From: Eledone cirrhosa
Lineage: Eukaryota
Assembly: GCA_964016885.1 (NCBI GenBank)
Contig: OZ024745.1
Coordinates: 119,846,001-119,910,000 of the forward strand
Reading direction: 5' to 3'
Length of the DNA: 64,000 nucleotides
The notes under the pieces were generated by a model. The model had not been told where the DNA came from. It ran no database searches and saw only the letters and a program-made list of their open reading frames with translations. Position numbers and translations under genes: made by a program. Of this stretch, positions 25,894 to 40,049 are shown one piece after another (positions within the stretch are counted from its first letter, which is position 1; each line of letters opens with the position of its first letter).

Positions 25894-27229
25894 AGCCATT
25901 TTGCTACAAAGTATTCATTAAATTTTCCTAATTTAGCTAATGATGCATTTCAATCAAGAAAACACCAAATCTAATTATAGAGTAATGAGAAGAACATGAT
26001 GTAAATTGTTCACAACATACCCGTGAGAGTTGAAATGTGTTTACAGTGTATATTTTGTAATAACGATGTTAGAATCATTTATTAAATAAAAGTTTTAAAT
26101 AAAAGTTGGTCAAATTATCAATTATCAATATATGAAACAATAATTTCAGTAACGAATGTGAATGTTAGTGCTGAATATAAATCTAGTGTACTAAATCTAA
26201 ATCTAAATTAATGTACCGAAAACGAAAAACATATTTGTGTTATTCTTGTAATCGATGTTCATTTTATTTTGTTGTGTTTATCCATTTATATTTTTGTTTA
26301 AATAAAGTAGAAAATTTTTCTAACATTTTCAATACGAAAAGCCTTTATTTTTTATTATTCGCCAAGTTTATTTCCAACCTATTTACATTATATGTTATAG
26401 TTGTGGCCGATTAGAATATGCTGGAATCATATATGATGTGCCTCCTGGCATCAGTTATTATTTCCAATCTTTTATTTACATTAAATTAATCTCGCATATG
26501 AACCAAGGTCACTTCAATATAAATGTTATAAAATTCTATCTATAAATATTGACAACTAAACTATGCTTTGTTTCTTCCTTGTGTAAAGATCTTACGTAAT
26601 ATTATTAGACAGCTTTTCTCATTTCGTTCCTTTAGCAATAGTATTGAACTTTATATTACTGTTTTTGCAAGGCAATTTCCATCAAACGGGCATTGGTTTG
26701 ATATGTTGGAAATCTATTTATTTAAGTTTTTTTATGTGTTCTTCTAGATATAGATGAGTTACACTTCGTTGCTTATGTAGCTTAACAGGTGTTTAGCTTA
26801 GCCAAACTGAACAGCTTACAAAAACTGTGTTTGATCCATTTGAATGCTTTTGGTGAACCATTTGATGGAGGTCTGTAGAAAAATATGTCTCCGTGACAAA
26901 AGGTTGACCGAAAACATAAAAATATATATTTAACGACTTTAGATAATTATATATTGATATTAAGTTTACAGAATTGCAACTCTTTCAAAATTTGAAATGA
27001 TCTTCAATATTTCAGTGCATTTTTATATCGAACGTTTCGTACACGTCATGATGTATGTACACTCATAGACACACACACAAACACACACACATACACATCA
27101 TACACACACACCACACACACAATTGTTTCTACTTTTGGCGAAAGGCCAGCAATTATCCAGTACATTACTGGTATTTTATAATAATAAAACTGACGATTTG
27201 GTATGTCTTCATTCCCTATATATATATAT

Positions 27230-27420
27230 ATATTAAAATAACAGATTAAAGTTTATGCAAAGAATCGTTGCTTTCACCCTTAACGGGGTCTTCTGAAACT
27301 TTGCTTAAACTTTAATCGGTTATTGTAATAAATATGAGTACTACGGTTTTATATATTTTTAGTATATATATTATCCTTATCGTGCCATCTTCGGATTTTA
27401 GTCTTCACATTTGTCATTAT

Positions 27421-27425
<5 letters not shown>
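27230..27425. mobile_element. Fold-back of the CAGAAGA-hammerhead terminal-repeat family
   Basis: TATTAAAATAACAGATTAAAGTTTATGCAAAG is inverted at 27299-27330; minus-strand HHR motif at 27250-27300 has U16.1 changed to A. Confidence 0.8.
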
Positions 27426-27459
<34 letters not shown>

Positions 27460-27528
27460 TGTGTGTGTGTGTGTGTGTGTGTGTATGACTTTTATATATA
27501 TACATATATATATAAACACACACACACA

Positions 27529-27581
<53 letters not shown>

Positions 27582-28518
27582 CAAGTAAATATAAATTAAT
27601 ATATATGATGAAACACAAATACCAACATATCTGTGTTTATATTGTAAAAGAAATTAAGTTAGCTAGAATGAAATATACTAATTATAATATTACAGTTTGC
27701 CTATCTCGATTTAAAATAATAAATCAATAAAAAGAAACAGTATTGGCAAATGGCCATGTTGTTTAGACATATTTAAATTTCAAAATCAAACCTACGACCG
27801 TCTCAGGAAGAAGAAGAAGAAGAAGAAGAAGAAGAAGAAGAATGTATCCTCCAAGAAACATTACCCTTAAACTAAAAGTTCTTTAACCGTACACATCAAA
27901 ATCCTATGAAATATTTGTATAAATGGTTCAACTACTTCATCAAAACATGTAAATATTCCCAACTAGTAATCTTAGGAGTTTCATGTAATAAAATATTTAT
28001 TTTCCATACGTTGACGTGTATGCGTGTGCATGTGTGTATGTGCATATGCATACATATATATCTATGAGCATATACATATAAACACAGACAAACCTACAAA
28101 AATACACACTCACAGCCATACATTCACACAATCACACAAACATACATTTACACAAACACACACATACACTCACACACAACGTAGTTTTTTACCATCCCCT
28201 TTCTTCATTTCACACACACATACATTCAAGCAGGTAGCAAACGAAAAGAGAGGGGAGTAGTATGAGGTAGTCAAACTACTCCTCTCTCTTTACGTGTTGT
28301 GACAGAATCACAGAAGTTTATATATAGTTAGAACATTTGAAATCAATTATATTTCTATAAATGTAATACTTTAACGACCGCTCTCACACGATATTGCCTA
28401 ATAACTTGAGAACGGGGCCGCCGGGCGGCCAACGCGAGGTCCCTCATTTGCTTATAATAGTGAGAGATAGGGACACAGTGACTATACCAACATGGTGAAG
28501 TATTTTGTGAAGAATAAT

Positions 28519-29497
28519 AATTGTTTCTACTTTTGGCACAAGGCCAGCAATTATCCCAGTACATTGCTGGTACTTTATTTTATCGATCCCGTAAGGATGA
28601 AAGGCAAAGTTTACTCTTTGCTTCAAAGCATGGCGTCAGACCCTCTATCGATACTTCCAATCCACCGCCCTATTGTGAAGAATAATATTATAAGAAAAAT
28701 ATATCACCTATTTATATATATATATACTTTCATTGTTTGAAAACGGAGTGATGGATCTAGAATATCAGGACTAAAAGTAGGTGATAACATAATCATTAAC
28801 TGGTGTTCACTCATTCGATTTATCATGATCAACCATCCCTCTGAAACTATCGTAAAACAATGAAGTACATTTAACAGCCTACATCTGACTTTTGTTTATT
28901 TTCATTGTTCAAAATACACATATATTATTGACTTTGTAGCCTGTGTATATTCTTCGAAGATATCTTATACGACCAGTAGCTAGAAAAAAAAAACATGTAA
29001 TCTCTGAAAACCTCACCCTGATGAATCTACCATTACGGTGTTGTATTGAATTCTAACAACATTATCTGCCCCACTTGTTTAGTACATTCAAATAATCGCT
29101 ATTCATAAGAATCAACTAATATGTCCCGACAATGCGCTGGGTAATTATTTGCCTCATGCCAAAAGAAGAAACAATTATATATATTTAGGGCGGTGGATTG
29201 GCAGTATCGGTAGAAGTTCGGACGGCATGCTTTGCAGTATAGAATTTCATCCTTACGTGATCGATAAAAGAAAGTACCAGTCCCGGACTGGGGTCGATTT
29301 AATCGACCCCCCCCCCCCCCCCCCAAAAAAAAAAAAAAAAAATTGATGGCCTTGTGTCTATATAACAGACCATTATATATATTTATTCAAATCCCGTCGA
29401 GGTTAACTTGCATTTCATCTTTACGGGGTCGATGAAATAAATCACCAATATTGTACTGGAATAATCGCTGGCCTTGTGCCAAAAGCAGAAATAATTA
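28519..29497. mobile_element. Several partial SINE family 1 copies (28519-28670 minus; 29187-29372 and 29385-29497 plus)
   Basis: Family core, head and tail motifs visible. Confidence 0.8.
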
Positions 29498-29951
29498 TAT
29501 ATATTTATGTGACTATTGATTTTGATATTTGCAATTTCCTTTTCGACCCTGAAATATTTTAGTTTCATTACGTTCAAATTAAATGTAGTTAACATTATTA
29601 TGATTTGTTCTTAAACAGGCAATTGAACAAATTAAACAAATTAAACAAATTACAAATTTAGATATCCAACAAATAATCCATATTATATATTATTTTATTC
29701 AATTATATATTTGTTAATAGTAATGCACTAAATATTGACACTATAATAATTCCTATTCTAATATATATGAGAATATAATCAATTTCTAGCACTTGTCATG
29801 AAATAGTTTTTTTTTCATATGGTTTTAAGTAGATAACACCCATGTTTATTAAAATGCTCTTAGTAATCTATACTTTGTACATAAATACATTATTGGATAT
29901 ATACCGATATACTAGAAAATATAGTGCTAATAATAATAATGTATATTATTA

Positions 29952-29984
<33 letters not shown>

Positions 29985-30036
29985 AAACATGAGAAGAAAG
30001 AAGAATACTGCGTGGTTTGCACATGGGTTACATATG

Positions 30037-30126
<90 letters not shown>

Positions 30127-30296
30127 ATGTATATATATATATTGCGTTTTTGAAATCAATTGAATTGATTATTCAACAAGAATCGAAGACCGGTTACAGT
30201 AAGGTTTACTCAACATACGAATTATTCCAATTGGTAATTATATAGTTTCCAAGTGTAAGAATTTACGGAGTGTATTTATATATATTTAATTAGGAA

Positions 30297-30411
30297 GTAA
30301 ACAACACAATATAACTACCCATTACCAAAGGTTTCAGGACCCTTCACGTATGTTAATATTGTATATACACCCGAAACCTTTGGTAATGGAGTAGTTATAT
30401 TGTGTTATTTA
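30297..30411. repeat. Fold-back with ~38 bp arms carrying the 3' half of a hammerhead
   Basis: AACACAATATAACTACCCATTACCAAAGGTTTC ... GAAACCTTTGGTAATGGAGTAGTTATATTGTGTT; GAAA CC ttt GG TA fits stem III and a GUA site, but the 5' core is lost. Confidence 0.8.
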
Positions 30412-30481
30412 CTCTTTTTTCCTTTGCTTTTTCTTCGTAAATACTTAACATATATATGCACACACACACACATACAAACAC

Positions 30482-30519
<38 letters not shown>

Positions 30520-33204
30520 CCACACACACACACAAATATTGAGGTGTGAGTTCGATTTCTGGACCTGGCGATGCGAGAAATTGACATTCGTTACAAAAGC
30601 TCCACTTTCATCAGACATCGGAAAAACATGGGTCTCTAGCCCTACCGACGGTACTGTTGATCCATCCAGGGTCCCAGTATCAAATAAAGTAGACAAACAA
30701 TGTTCTTCAAGTATTTTACAAGAGGAAAACTAAAGAAAACGTACGTGAAATTACATTGTAATGGGAAATGTATAGAGAATCGGATATACAACATTTAACT
30801 CGAAATATACGTGAGGAAGAGGAACAGTTCGACCTATGGAGACGAAAAGCAACATAAAAGTTAGGTGCTGTGAGATAAATACTGACTGGTAGCAACCCTC
30901 ATAACTAGACTATTTACCTTAACCGTAACCTCACACCCATAACGTGATATTTTTCTCGTTCTTTTATCTCATTTTATTTTACGCCATCTAATTTCAAAGT
31001 TAAACATTTTTTGTCAATCCTAAACAAGGAGAACCTAGTTTTTATTTTAAGAAAGAAATCTTTGATGTATTTCTCAAACAATGACTAATTAAATTAACAA
31101 TAAAAATATTAACGATTTCCTTTATTGCCATCAAATGTATAAAATCTCGTGTTAAGATAAATGTAACATAGAGAAGAAAGCACGAAGGAAAGATAACTGG
31201 GGATTTACGACCTTTAACATGGGGAAATCAACAATTACAATATACCGATATCAATATAGGGAGGGTGGTGGAATGTAAGAATCATTAAGATGTCTAAAAA
31301 AATGCGTTCTTTTTTTTGCGATCTGGGTTCAAATCTCGGCAATGTCATATTTGTACATCTCCCCCCCCCCCCCCCACACACACACATACACAAAGACACA
31401 TACACCCACTCTCTCGCACTCTTTTGCTCTCTCTAGAATAAATCAGCACAATGCAGAGCTGGAGCGGAATTTTCTCCACTATTTTTAATATGTCCTAGAC
31501 ACGCCATATTCAAAGTTATTTTATCAGTGATTAGTGAATATATAGATAAAAATTAAAAAGCTTAGAACTACAAAATAACCACAACATAACCACAACCAGA
31601 AGACTAAAGCGAGAGATAATTGCATAGAGCGAATCGGGATAGCCTACACATAACTATGAATTCAACACGCATACAAAATGCTTTTACGCAGTTCTCGCAA
31701 AAGCATTGCAAATTTTATTGGTAACCAACACCTCACTTTCTATCACTCCATTTCAACATCATGTGATATTCAAAGAATTGAAGAGGACTTGGCCTCAAAG
31801 AAAAATATTTGTTCTATTGTTAAACCAAACGTCTCAGTTAGATTTCATGTAGAAGTGGGAAATGACGATAATGATGTGAATAATAAAGATTTCTTTTCTA
31901 TATTTGTGGAGTTTTAAAAGATATTGTGAGTTAAGTATATTATCAATACCTATGGAATAGATTCTATTGAAATTTGCACCAGTAAGATTTGAACACACAT
32001 TGTAGAGGATGACGAGTTGTAACTTTGTTAGAAATCCAGGGACGGTCAGAGATAATTGAATAAAACATTTATGAAATATGTTATTTATTGTATTATCATT
32101 GAAATGAAATAATACTCAAATGTATTGCAGAAATATAAAGATATATATGGGGCAGAGGATTCGTATTCGGACTTCATTCCTTAGAGAAACATTCTACAAT
32201 ATAGAAAGAAATTGAAACTGAAATTATGTTCGGTACTCAGCTTGTCAAGAACTAATAATATTCACTACTTTCGACAATATCAGGAAAATATCTTTATCAA
32301 AATACGAAACAATGCTAAGTTATAATATGTCCATGAAAGAATATACAATTGCAGCTTTGAGGCGTATAACACACCTCAATTGCTTGGCTTAATATAATTT
32401 CTTGTATGCAACAATATCAACAACAATCAAAACTTTATTACGCACATTCAAATTTGGTCAAGTTTATACAAGAGAGCGTATTTCAAAATTGCTACGATAT
32501 AACACATTTACCATTGCAACCAAGGAATAAATCTATTACAACACTTCGAAGATTCAATAACTTTCGAGGCTTTCAGGTAATTGCACCAACATACAGTCAA
32601 TTATTCTGATATAGTTAAAGGGTTTTACACACTACATGGTTGTGTTATATGAAAGCTTGTTTATCATAAAACATGATCATATCTCTATTTCACATGCATA
32701 GATAGAAGCAATACAATTTTTGCGAAAAGTAGATAGATTTACAATGAATATCCACACCAGCAATATTCTATGAACAGACAGTATGTGCAGACGCTATGCC
32801 AAACATTCATTGGTTAACGTTTTAACGCACGAAGAATGGCGACAATTATCTTCTTTCAAAATTAACATTCAGTGGAATTATTTAACAGTTTTATAAAATT
32901 CAAAAAACAATAGGAAATATAGGAAACAGAAATGGTATAGAATTATATATTCTTAATTAATTATCAAATACTCTTTCACAATCCGAAATAGTTTCTATCC
33001 ATCGTCTCCTACTTGTTTGTTTGTTATCATAATGCATGCATGGTCCCGTAGCAATTGGTGGATTTGTAGGCCTGCTTTACTGGCATGCAACGTTTCTGGA
33101 CATTCTTTGATCCTGCCGAGCTCATCTCCTCTCCAGGTTTAAATACTTTCTTCCAGAAGAGAGGGTGTGTGAGAGAATTGATATGAGAAAGAGATATAGA
33201 AGAA

Positions 33205-33326
33205 GAATCGACTCCAGTACTTGACTGCTATTATTTTATCGACTTTGAATGGATGTAAGGCAAAGTTGACCTCGGCGGGATATGAACTCAGAGAGGAGAG
33301 AGCCGAAATGAAACCAGCAAAGCATT
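33205..33326 (-). mobile_element. Diverged SINE family 1
   Basis: GGCAAAGTTGACCTCGGCGGGATATGAACTCAG. Confidence 0.75.
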
Positions 33327-33941
33327 CTATCTCACATTCTATCGACATTCTATGTTAAATTCTTAATTTCCCACGAAAAGGATAAGACTCTACCTTGGCA
33401 CATTTGGTGTGCTGTGGTGTATTAATCAATATCGACATCACACGTTGAATAATTAATTATTACTGACACAGTTAGTATAAAATACAAGGGTGACGTTTTC
33501 GGCATTTCAAATCACCACATAAAAGAGTACTCTTATAGCTGAGGTCAACTTTGGAAATCCATAACATATATTAACCAACAAACTATCTTACAAATGTAAA
33601 ATATAAATAAAGTCTAGGCAGAAATAACTGCTACATTATTCACATTACATGCCAGTCCACCAAATAGTAGATACCACTTTCGTATATTCACTTAATCTAA
33701 GTTTTGGCGTGGTTGGCTCAGGTAGCAGAAATCTATATAAACAAAATGTAGGTATTGTTTTACTTTTAACAAACATTCATTCCCTGCAAACGAATTACTT
33801 ATAAAGAAATTTGAAATAGTAAACAGGAAATATGAGAGAAACTATCGTAGTTATTATTTCCCGTATATAATTTCTTTTTCGATTTCTACTTTTCTTAAAG
33901 TTGGTTTTTGTACGCAATTCGTGCAGAAAGACTACTCATGA

Positions 33942-33972
<31 letters not shown>

Positions 33973-34019
33973 AGAGTTCCCTGTGTCCGCGTATTGCCAG
34001 GGATCTTAGCCGAGAATGT

Positions 34020-34099
34020 CTCCCTGATGAAGAAAGGATTCTTCATGGTCTCTATTTGAAGACTATGTATATCCCGTTTCAGAAACTAATTAGTTGGAG
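34020..34099 (+). ncRNA. Type I hammerhead with extended stem II
   Basis: CTCC CTGATGA [a GAAA GGA t TCTTCA..TGAAGA..TCC cg TTTC a] GAAA CTAATTAG T T^ GGAG; palindromic ACTAATTAGT; in a ~190 bp insert between (TA)n tracts. Confidence 0.7.
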
Positions 34100-34146
34100 T
34101 GAAACTTAAGTAAGTAAGTTAATTACTATACTTTTCTTATTTTACG

Positions 34147-34182
<36 letters not shown>

Positions 34183-34504
34183 CAAGGTTTCTGATATGAA
34201 ATCGTGTGTCGAAATAAATATTGTTATACTTGGGGAGGGTCATATTGTTGTAATAATATTGCCAGAAATAATAACAGAATATTCTCACAGTTTGGTTGGT
34301 TTTCGCTTCTTTATCTTTCATATCTCCACAGTTAATTTATTTGGCAATCAATGTTTATCATTAATTGACCAACGGTTAAAAATACAGATATACATACAGA
34401 TATAAATACATATATATAGTCTATCATATATATGATTATCCCGGATTCCATTGGGGGTAATCACAGTAAGTAAGCTACTCAATACATAGCAGGGTATAAA
34501 TATT

Positions 34505-34630
34505 AATATAGAAATGGCTTCTACCGGACTAGAACTGTTTCATTGGGGACACATCATCAGGAAGCCCTCATCAGTGGCTTCCTGATGGTTTCGCCCGAAT
34601 GAAACCAGTTCTAGTCCTGTTGAAGCCATT

Positions 34631-34639
<9 letters not shown>
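34505..34639. mobile_element. Fold-back with a near-intact hammerhead in each arm
   Basis: Minus 34516-34566: GGCTTC CTGATGA..GAAA CAG ttctagtc CGG TA GAAGCC. Plus 34576-34627: GGCTTC CTGATGG..GAAA cCAG ttctagtc CTG TT GAAGCC. Confidence 0.82.
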
Positions 34640-34664
<25 letters not shown>

Positions 34665-34905
34665 CTAGGGCGGGTAAAATCCCCGAAATCCATGGACGAG
34701 TTCTCTCCAGCGGTCTCTGTCGCTTATTATCGCTGCCGTGTCCTGCGTCTCCAAGAGACCAGTGTCTGTACTGAGGGCATCAACATTAATCAGTATACAC
34801 TGAGGATAAAGAACTCAGAGCTGTACAGGAGCCTCCCAAAAGTCAGCTCGAAAGGGACACAGAGGAGACTGAGGTTAGCTGGATATGCTCACCGACATCC
34901 TGAAG
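34665..34905 (-). mobile_element. RTE-like LINE 3' end with an inverted upstream segment
   Basis: 34665-34786 is the minus-strand 3' end; 34782-34903 reads NINQYTLRIKNSELYRSLPKVSSKGTQRRLRLAGYAHRHPE on the plus strand. Confidence 0.82.
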
Positions 34906-34976
34906 GGAGTAAATAGGGACTTTTTTTTACATTGACGGACATCTTTTATATTTATTATTGTGTCATTTTTTGATAA

Positions 34977-35231
34977 TTGCTCGAAATGAATACTGATAAT
35001 AAAAGCAATTCGACTTTACCAAACAGTGAACTACAGCGGCGACGTGCAGCCAGGAATGAAGAAAAAAGGGCCGAACAGCGCCATCGGAACGCCGAACTTC
35101 AGAGACGAAGACGGGCCGCCATGAACGAAGAGGAGCTGGCTGAACAACGGCAACGAAACACTGGAGCCAAGCAGCGACGGCGTGCTGCGATGGTTGAAGA
35201 CGAACTGGCTGAGCCTTATCTTTTATATTAA
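34977..35231 (+). mobile_element. Repetitive Arg/Glu-rich ORF resembling Helitron N-terminal STPR-like repeats
   Basis: Three ~22-23 aa units (RRRAAMNEEELAEQRQRN..); adjacent to a Helitron 3' end. Family assignment is inference. Confidence 0.5.
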
Positions 35232-35234
35232 TTA

Positions 35235-35537
35235 TCTATATCTATATCTACATATAATATAACAGATTGGAACTTCCATCATCCTTTTGAGAAACGTGGA
35301 ACAACCACGTCTATGCAATGATTCACTTTGTTCAGTCAGGCAGAAGATAAACTATCTCCTAGAGGTCAGTATTCTAGGAGGGAGCACCCGGAGTTGTTTT
35401 TACTGTTTTCTGTATCACACAGACACCACGGACTCGCCTCATACTTTAACCAGACAAACATCCAAAACAGTCATTTTCCTTTAACCTGTCTTCTCTTATC
35501 ATCTGTTTACCCGAGCGAAGCTGGGTACGTCAGCTAG
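35235..35537 (+). mobile_element. Non-autonomous Helitron-like element
   Basis: Starts A|TCTATATC..; hairpin TACCCGAGCGAAGCTGGGTA (35508-35527); ends CTAG|T. Confidence 0.65.
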
Positions 35538-35669
35538 TATATATAATGCAAGAAGCAAATAAAATATCAGTGATACGAAAAGATTTCCTGGTGGAAGTTC
35601 AGGTAAACCAGTTTGAGAGTGAAATTCCGATTTGAAAATTCAACGAATTTGAGAGGTCCACGTAAGCAT

Positions 35670-35729
<60 letters not shown>

Positions 35730-35730
35730 A

Positions 35731-36060
35731 AAAGGTAAACATAAATAACAACACAATCGGTAGAGTATATGGAAGCAATATATTGAAATAGCAGGAAGAG
35801 TGTCTTAAGGTTTCGGACGCTAGTCCTTCATCAGAAGAAAAAATGGAAATTAGATAGATTGAATAGGCCTGTTATTTTTCTCTAAAAACATGTTTTCCTA
35901 TTATACCCCACCCGTTCCTCCAATCTATTTAATTGTTCATTCTTTTTTCTGGTGAAGGACTAGCGTTAGAAACATTAAGACCCTCTTCCTGCTATTTCAA
36001 GCGATAACCTAATATATTCCTTCCATATACTGTAATGATTGTGTTAATTCTGTTTACCTT
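35731..36060. mobile_element. Fold-back of a minimal-HHR terminal-repeat family in (TA)n
   Basis: 35731-35848 inverted at ~35937-36060; further copies at 55690-55752 and 60090-60272. Confidence 0.82.
35803..35838 (-). ncRNA. Minimal type I hammerhead (loop III CC)
   Basis: TCTT CTGATGA a GGA ctagcg TCC GAAA cc T T^ AAGA; the opposite arm (35945-35980) has CTGGTGA and a broken stem II. Confidence 0.68.
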
Positions 36061-36094
<34 letters not shown>

Positions 36095-36132
36095 GTAGAA
36101 TAATGGGAACGCAAGGAAGCTGGTAAATCAGC

Positions 36133-37045
36133 AAAATGCCTTCAATGACAGCTTTGGGTAAGATTTACCTAAAAGGATAGAAATCAGTCAGCGGCTAGAA
36201 GTGTGTTAGCCCGCATAAGTGATAGGAAGAAATTAGAAAAAGAAGAAAATGGACGAGAGAAGATCAAACAAACATTTAAATACCCTCATCAGATTCCATA
36301 TCACCTGTGGTTTCGATGATTTAACTAAAAGAACCACGTTGCATAGACGGCTCGTGCAACAGAGAAATATATATTTCTGTTGGTATGAAGTTTGTGGAGG
36401 AACGAACAGATTAGATAGACAGACAGCCTGGTCAGATAGAGGAAAAAATGAAGAGCGTCCACTCGGCGTCAGGTCACTAATAGAAAACACAACAACAATG
36501 ACTGTAGCTGCGAAGGTAGTACGAAGCAGAAGTGACGTGTAAGAGTGACGGGTAAGAGAAGGTAGTAGCAAGCAGAAGTGACGTGTAAGAGTGACGGGTA
36601 AGAGAAGGTAGTAGCAAGCGGAAGTGACGTGTAAGAGTGGAGGGTAAAGAAGCAGTAAGAGAGAGGGAAGAGTGGGGGAGAGAAAGTAAGAATGAAAGAG
36701 GGTGGAGAAAGGATGAGGTAAACAGATACCCAACACATTTCAGACATGGTATCCATCCAAAATAAAAAGCTACAATAGCTGTGATAAAATATAAACAAAG
36801 GTATCTCGAAAATCGAGTTTGAAGTGCGAGTGTGTTAGAATTTGAAGAAAAATAAGAAGAACTCAGTGCAAGGGAGCTCTTAAAAGAGAAAATGCCGCCA
36901 ATGACAGGTTAGGGTAAGGTTTACCTCAAAGGCTCGAAATCAGCGGCTAAGTGTGTGTTGGCCTGCAAAAGTCATAATAAGAAATAAGAGAAGGATGACA
37001 ATGGACGAGAGAAAATCACACGAATATTTAAATACGCTCATCAGC
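36133..37045 (+). repeat. Diverged ~160 bp direct repeats (36133-36291, 36890-37045) enclosing a 3x ~46 bp minisatellite (36512-36645)
   Basis: AAATGCC..CAATGACAG..GGGTAAG.TTTACCT..AATGGACGAGAGAA..TTTAAATAC.CTCATCAG twice; GAAGGTAGTA.CAAGC.GAAGTGACGTGTAAGAGTG three times. Confidence 0.8.
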
Positions 37046-37079
37046 TTTTAGACCGAGAGGTTGGCGCTTGATGTCGAGG

Positions 37080-37445
37080 ATTTAGTAGGTGAGGTGCAAT
37101 CTTGTATAATCTCAACCGGGTCTATACACGACAACCTCCACCTCATACGAAACATTATAGAGAGTGGGTCTTCGGTGGGTCTCTAATCAATCTAAAACAA
37201 TCAAAAGCTTTCAATAAGGTCGATCATCGATACCTGGCAACTGGTTTCGAACCCATCTTTAGACGCTGGATCGCTGTACGACTCTCCGACCTCTGCTCGG
37301 TGGTCAAAGTCAATGGCCCTCTTTAGGAACCGTTCCAGTTATCCCGATCGGTCCATCAAGGGGGCCCTCTCTCCTCCCATCTGCACGTATTGCCTCTCGA
37401 GCATTTACTGCGGCAACTGGAACTGTTGCAGGGCATCCCGCTCAA
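37080..37445 (+). mobile_element. L1/Tx1-clade reverse-transcriptase remnant
   Basis: SLINLKQSKAFNKVDHRYL..GFEPIFRRWI..VVKVNGPL*EPFQLSRSVHQGGPLSSHLHVLPLEHLLRQL matches the L1-type DxxKAFDxV and VRQGCPLSP motifs. Confidence 0.85.
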
Positions 37446-37598
37446 GATTTAATGCTTTCCAAATTCATCGGATAAACTTGACCTTCAGGTAATATGTCCT
37501 ATAATAATTAGTAATACCAACACTCCACTTCCCTTAAGTATGAAGCAGAGTCTCACCTGTCGTAACTAATAGCATCGTTATATATATATATATATATA

Positions 37599-37861
<263 letters not shown>

Positions 37862-37959
37862 GACGTTCTTTTTACAAAATGAAAAAAAAACGAGATATCC
37901 TACACGAGTGAAAGTATAAGGAAAAAAGATGAAATCTAAAATGCAACTGGAATCTTTTT

Positions 37960-38322
37960 TTGAACTTTGCCTTTCACCCTTACGGGGTCGATAAAATTCC
38001 AGTAACGGATTAGGGTCGATTTAATCGAATTTTCTCTTCCCCCTAATTGTTGATCTTGTGCCAAAATCAGAAACCAGTATTGGATGCAGCCAGTTATCTC
38101 TCGGTGAAGTCGCGTGGCTACGTGGTTAGTGAATTGAATTCGAAATCGTGAGGTTGCGAGTTCGATTCCTGAACCGGGCAATGCGTTATGTCCTTGAGTT
38201 ACTTGCGTTATTTCACGTTGCTCCTTCTACCTGGAGCTGTGACCGATAGATAGTATTAGTAATCGGAAAGACCAACGGAAACATTGTATCCTCGGTCCGA
38301 TTTAACGAAAGTCGATCGACTG
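37960..38322 (+). mobile_element. Partial SINE family 1 (37960-38075) followed by SINE family 2 (38108-38322)
   Basis: Family motifs as above. Confidence 0.85.
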
Positions 38323-40049
38323 TCGCTATCTCTCGCTTTTTTTCTATACTTTCCTCTTCAGTACTGGGTGTTCTATCCGGTTATCTCCCATTGTTCTCTG
38401 CAACATCTCGCGGAGTGACTCTACACTCTCTTCTGAAAGCCTGCTATCGAGGCACATATATTGTTTCCATCTGTATCTACATGGACCCTTTTCCTAGTGT
38501 TGCATTTTTCCTGTTGTCTGTATTCGTCTCCTAGGTTTCAAAACCGGTTGTCTGTTCTTGTTATGTCAGCGCTTCTCTTTCTGCTGCTTCATGAGTTTTT
38601 CCAGGGTATCTATTTACAAATGTTCTGCTCATTAAATGTATTTGTATATCTGTGTGTCATCCGAGTATAATTATCTCTCATTTGTGCTATTTGCCTTCCA
38701 AAAGACGCCCTGCTAATTTGGAACTATTTTCGTGATAGAAGACTAATCTAGGTTTCCAGACTATTCTCTTACCGAGAAATCACAAATTTAGAGCAGTCTG
38801 CAGAAGATTGAAATATTCCGGAGTTATTGCTATGTTATGTCATGCTCACCAGTGTTTTTTGCATGTCTCTGTATTACACCGTTTGTTCACGTTTTGTTCT
38901 TTTTCCATTACAAATTACGATAGGATTTAATAAAGACTTATATACCCAACGTATCTATGAAGTTATTTGAATGGATATATAAGAAATATCAGACTCAACC
39001 TGCGTAGAAAATATATATTACTTTAAGGTTTTCCTACACCGAGATAATTGGAATTGCAACCTACTAGATCATTACTATCATAGTTTAAGTGATGGAATAC
39101 TGGCTTATAACTTCAACATTTATTAACTGTTGTGACACAATAACTGTTTCTATAATCATCATTAAATGTCTGATTGGGAAATAACAAGATGAAACGGTAT
39201 CTTTCTTAATAAAAGTACTGGAATGTATCATATGAAATGAAAGTAAGCTATGTTGCAGATATTATTCTACATTACATGGCCATTATTGGATGTACAGCAA
39301 GATTTTACAAAGACAATTATAGATTAGTAAATGTAAATGGTCAGCTTGTTTATGACACAGTATCATCTGATCTATCATCTATTTGTCATACATAAGATCT
39401 CTCCAAGACACGTTTTAACCAGTAATATTGAGCAAAAGCTTCTCATAGAGAATAGATCAGACTTATATACTTAACCAGGGACAGAAAGCATCACGTTATC
39501 TGTTTATTGAAAGCAATATTTCTGTGCAATTGCTAGCTCATGTTGGTTACAGAATTTGGTATGATGAAAATAATTTACTCTAAGATTTTTAATTAATTGG
39601 AATCATCTTTGAATGTGATTTTCTGTTCTACGTAAATTCTGGCACAAATTGATACATGTATCCTTTTAACATATCATTTGAATGAAATGTCATATAAGCC
39701 TGCACACATTGTGATAATCTATAGACAATAATTTCAAATTTGTTTGATAATGTGATGTAATGTCGAATTACATACATCAGAAGCATAGCGTCCTCTGTGT
39801 AAATTAGATTAGAACGTTAGATAATATATTTGGTATATAATTTGTCTATTTATTACTTTTGAAATTCTATTAATAAATTTCAAAATTAAGTATAATAACA
39901 TATAAAGACATTATGAGTGAGATATTACATAGGTTAATAAAACAGTGATGTTCGATTTCGTAATAAATGTCAAAATATTTTAATGTATTCATATACCAGA
40001 AGAAGAGGGCAGTGTGAAATATCTATAATGTTATTAGACTTATGTGACG

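Noticed and set aside
30578-30620. CTGATGA..GTAA..GTC hammerhead-like motif on the minus strand
   Set aside because: GAAA is mutated and stem I does not pair.
35583-35636. CTGGTGG..GAAA motif
   Set aside because: Two core changes and weak stems; possibly a decayed HHR but not supportable.
36233-36798. Leu/Ser-rich minus-strand ORFs
   Set aside because: Produced by purine-rich minisatellite sequence.
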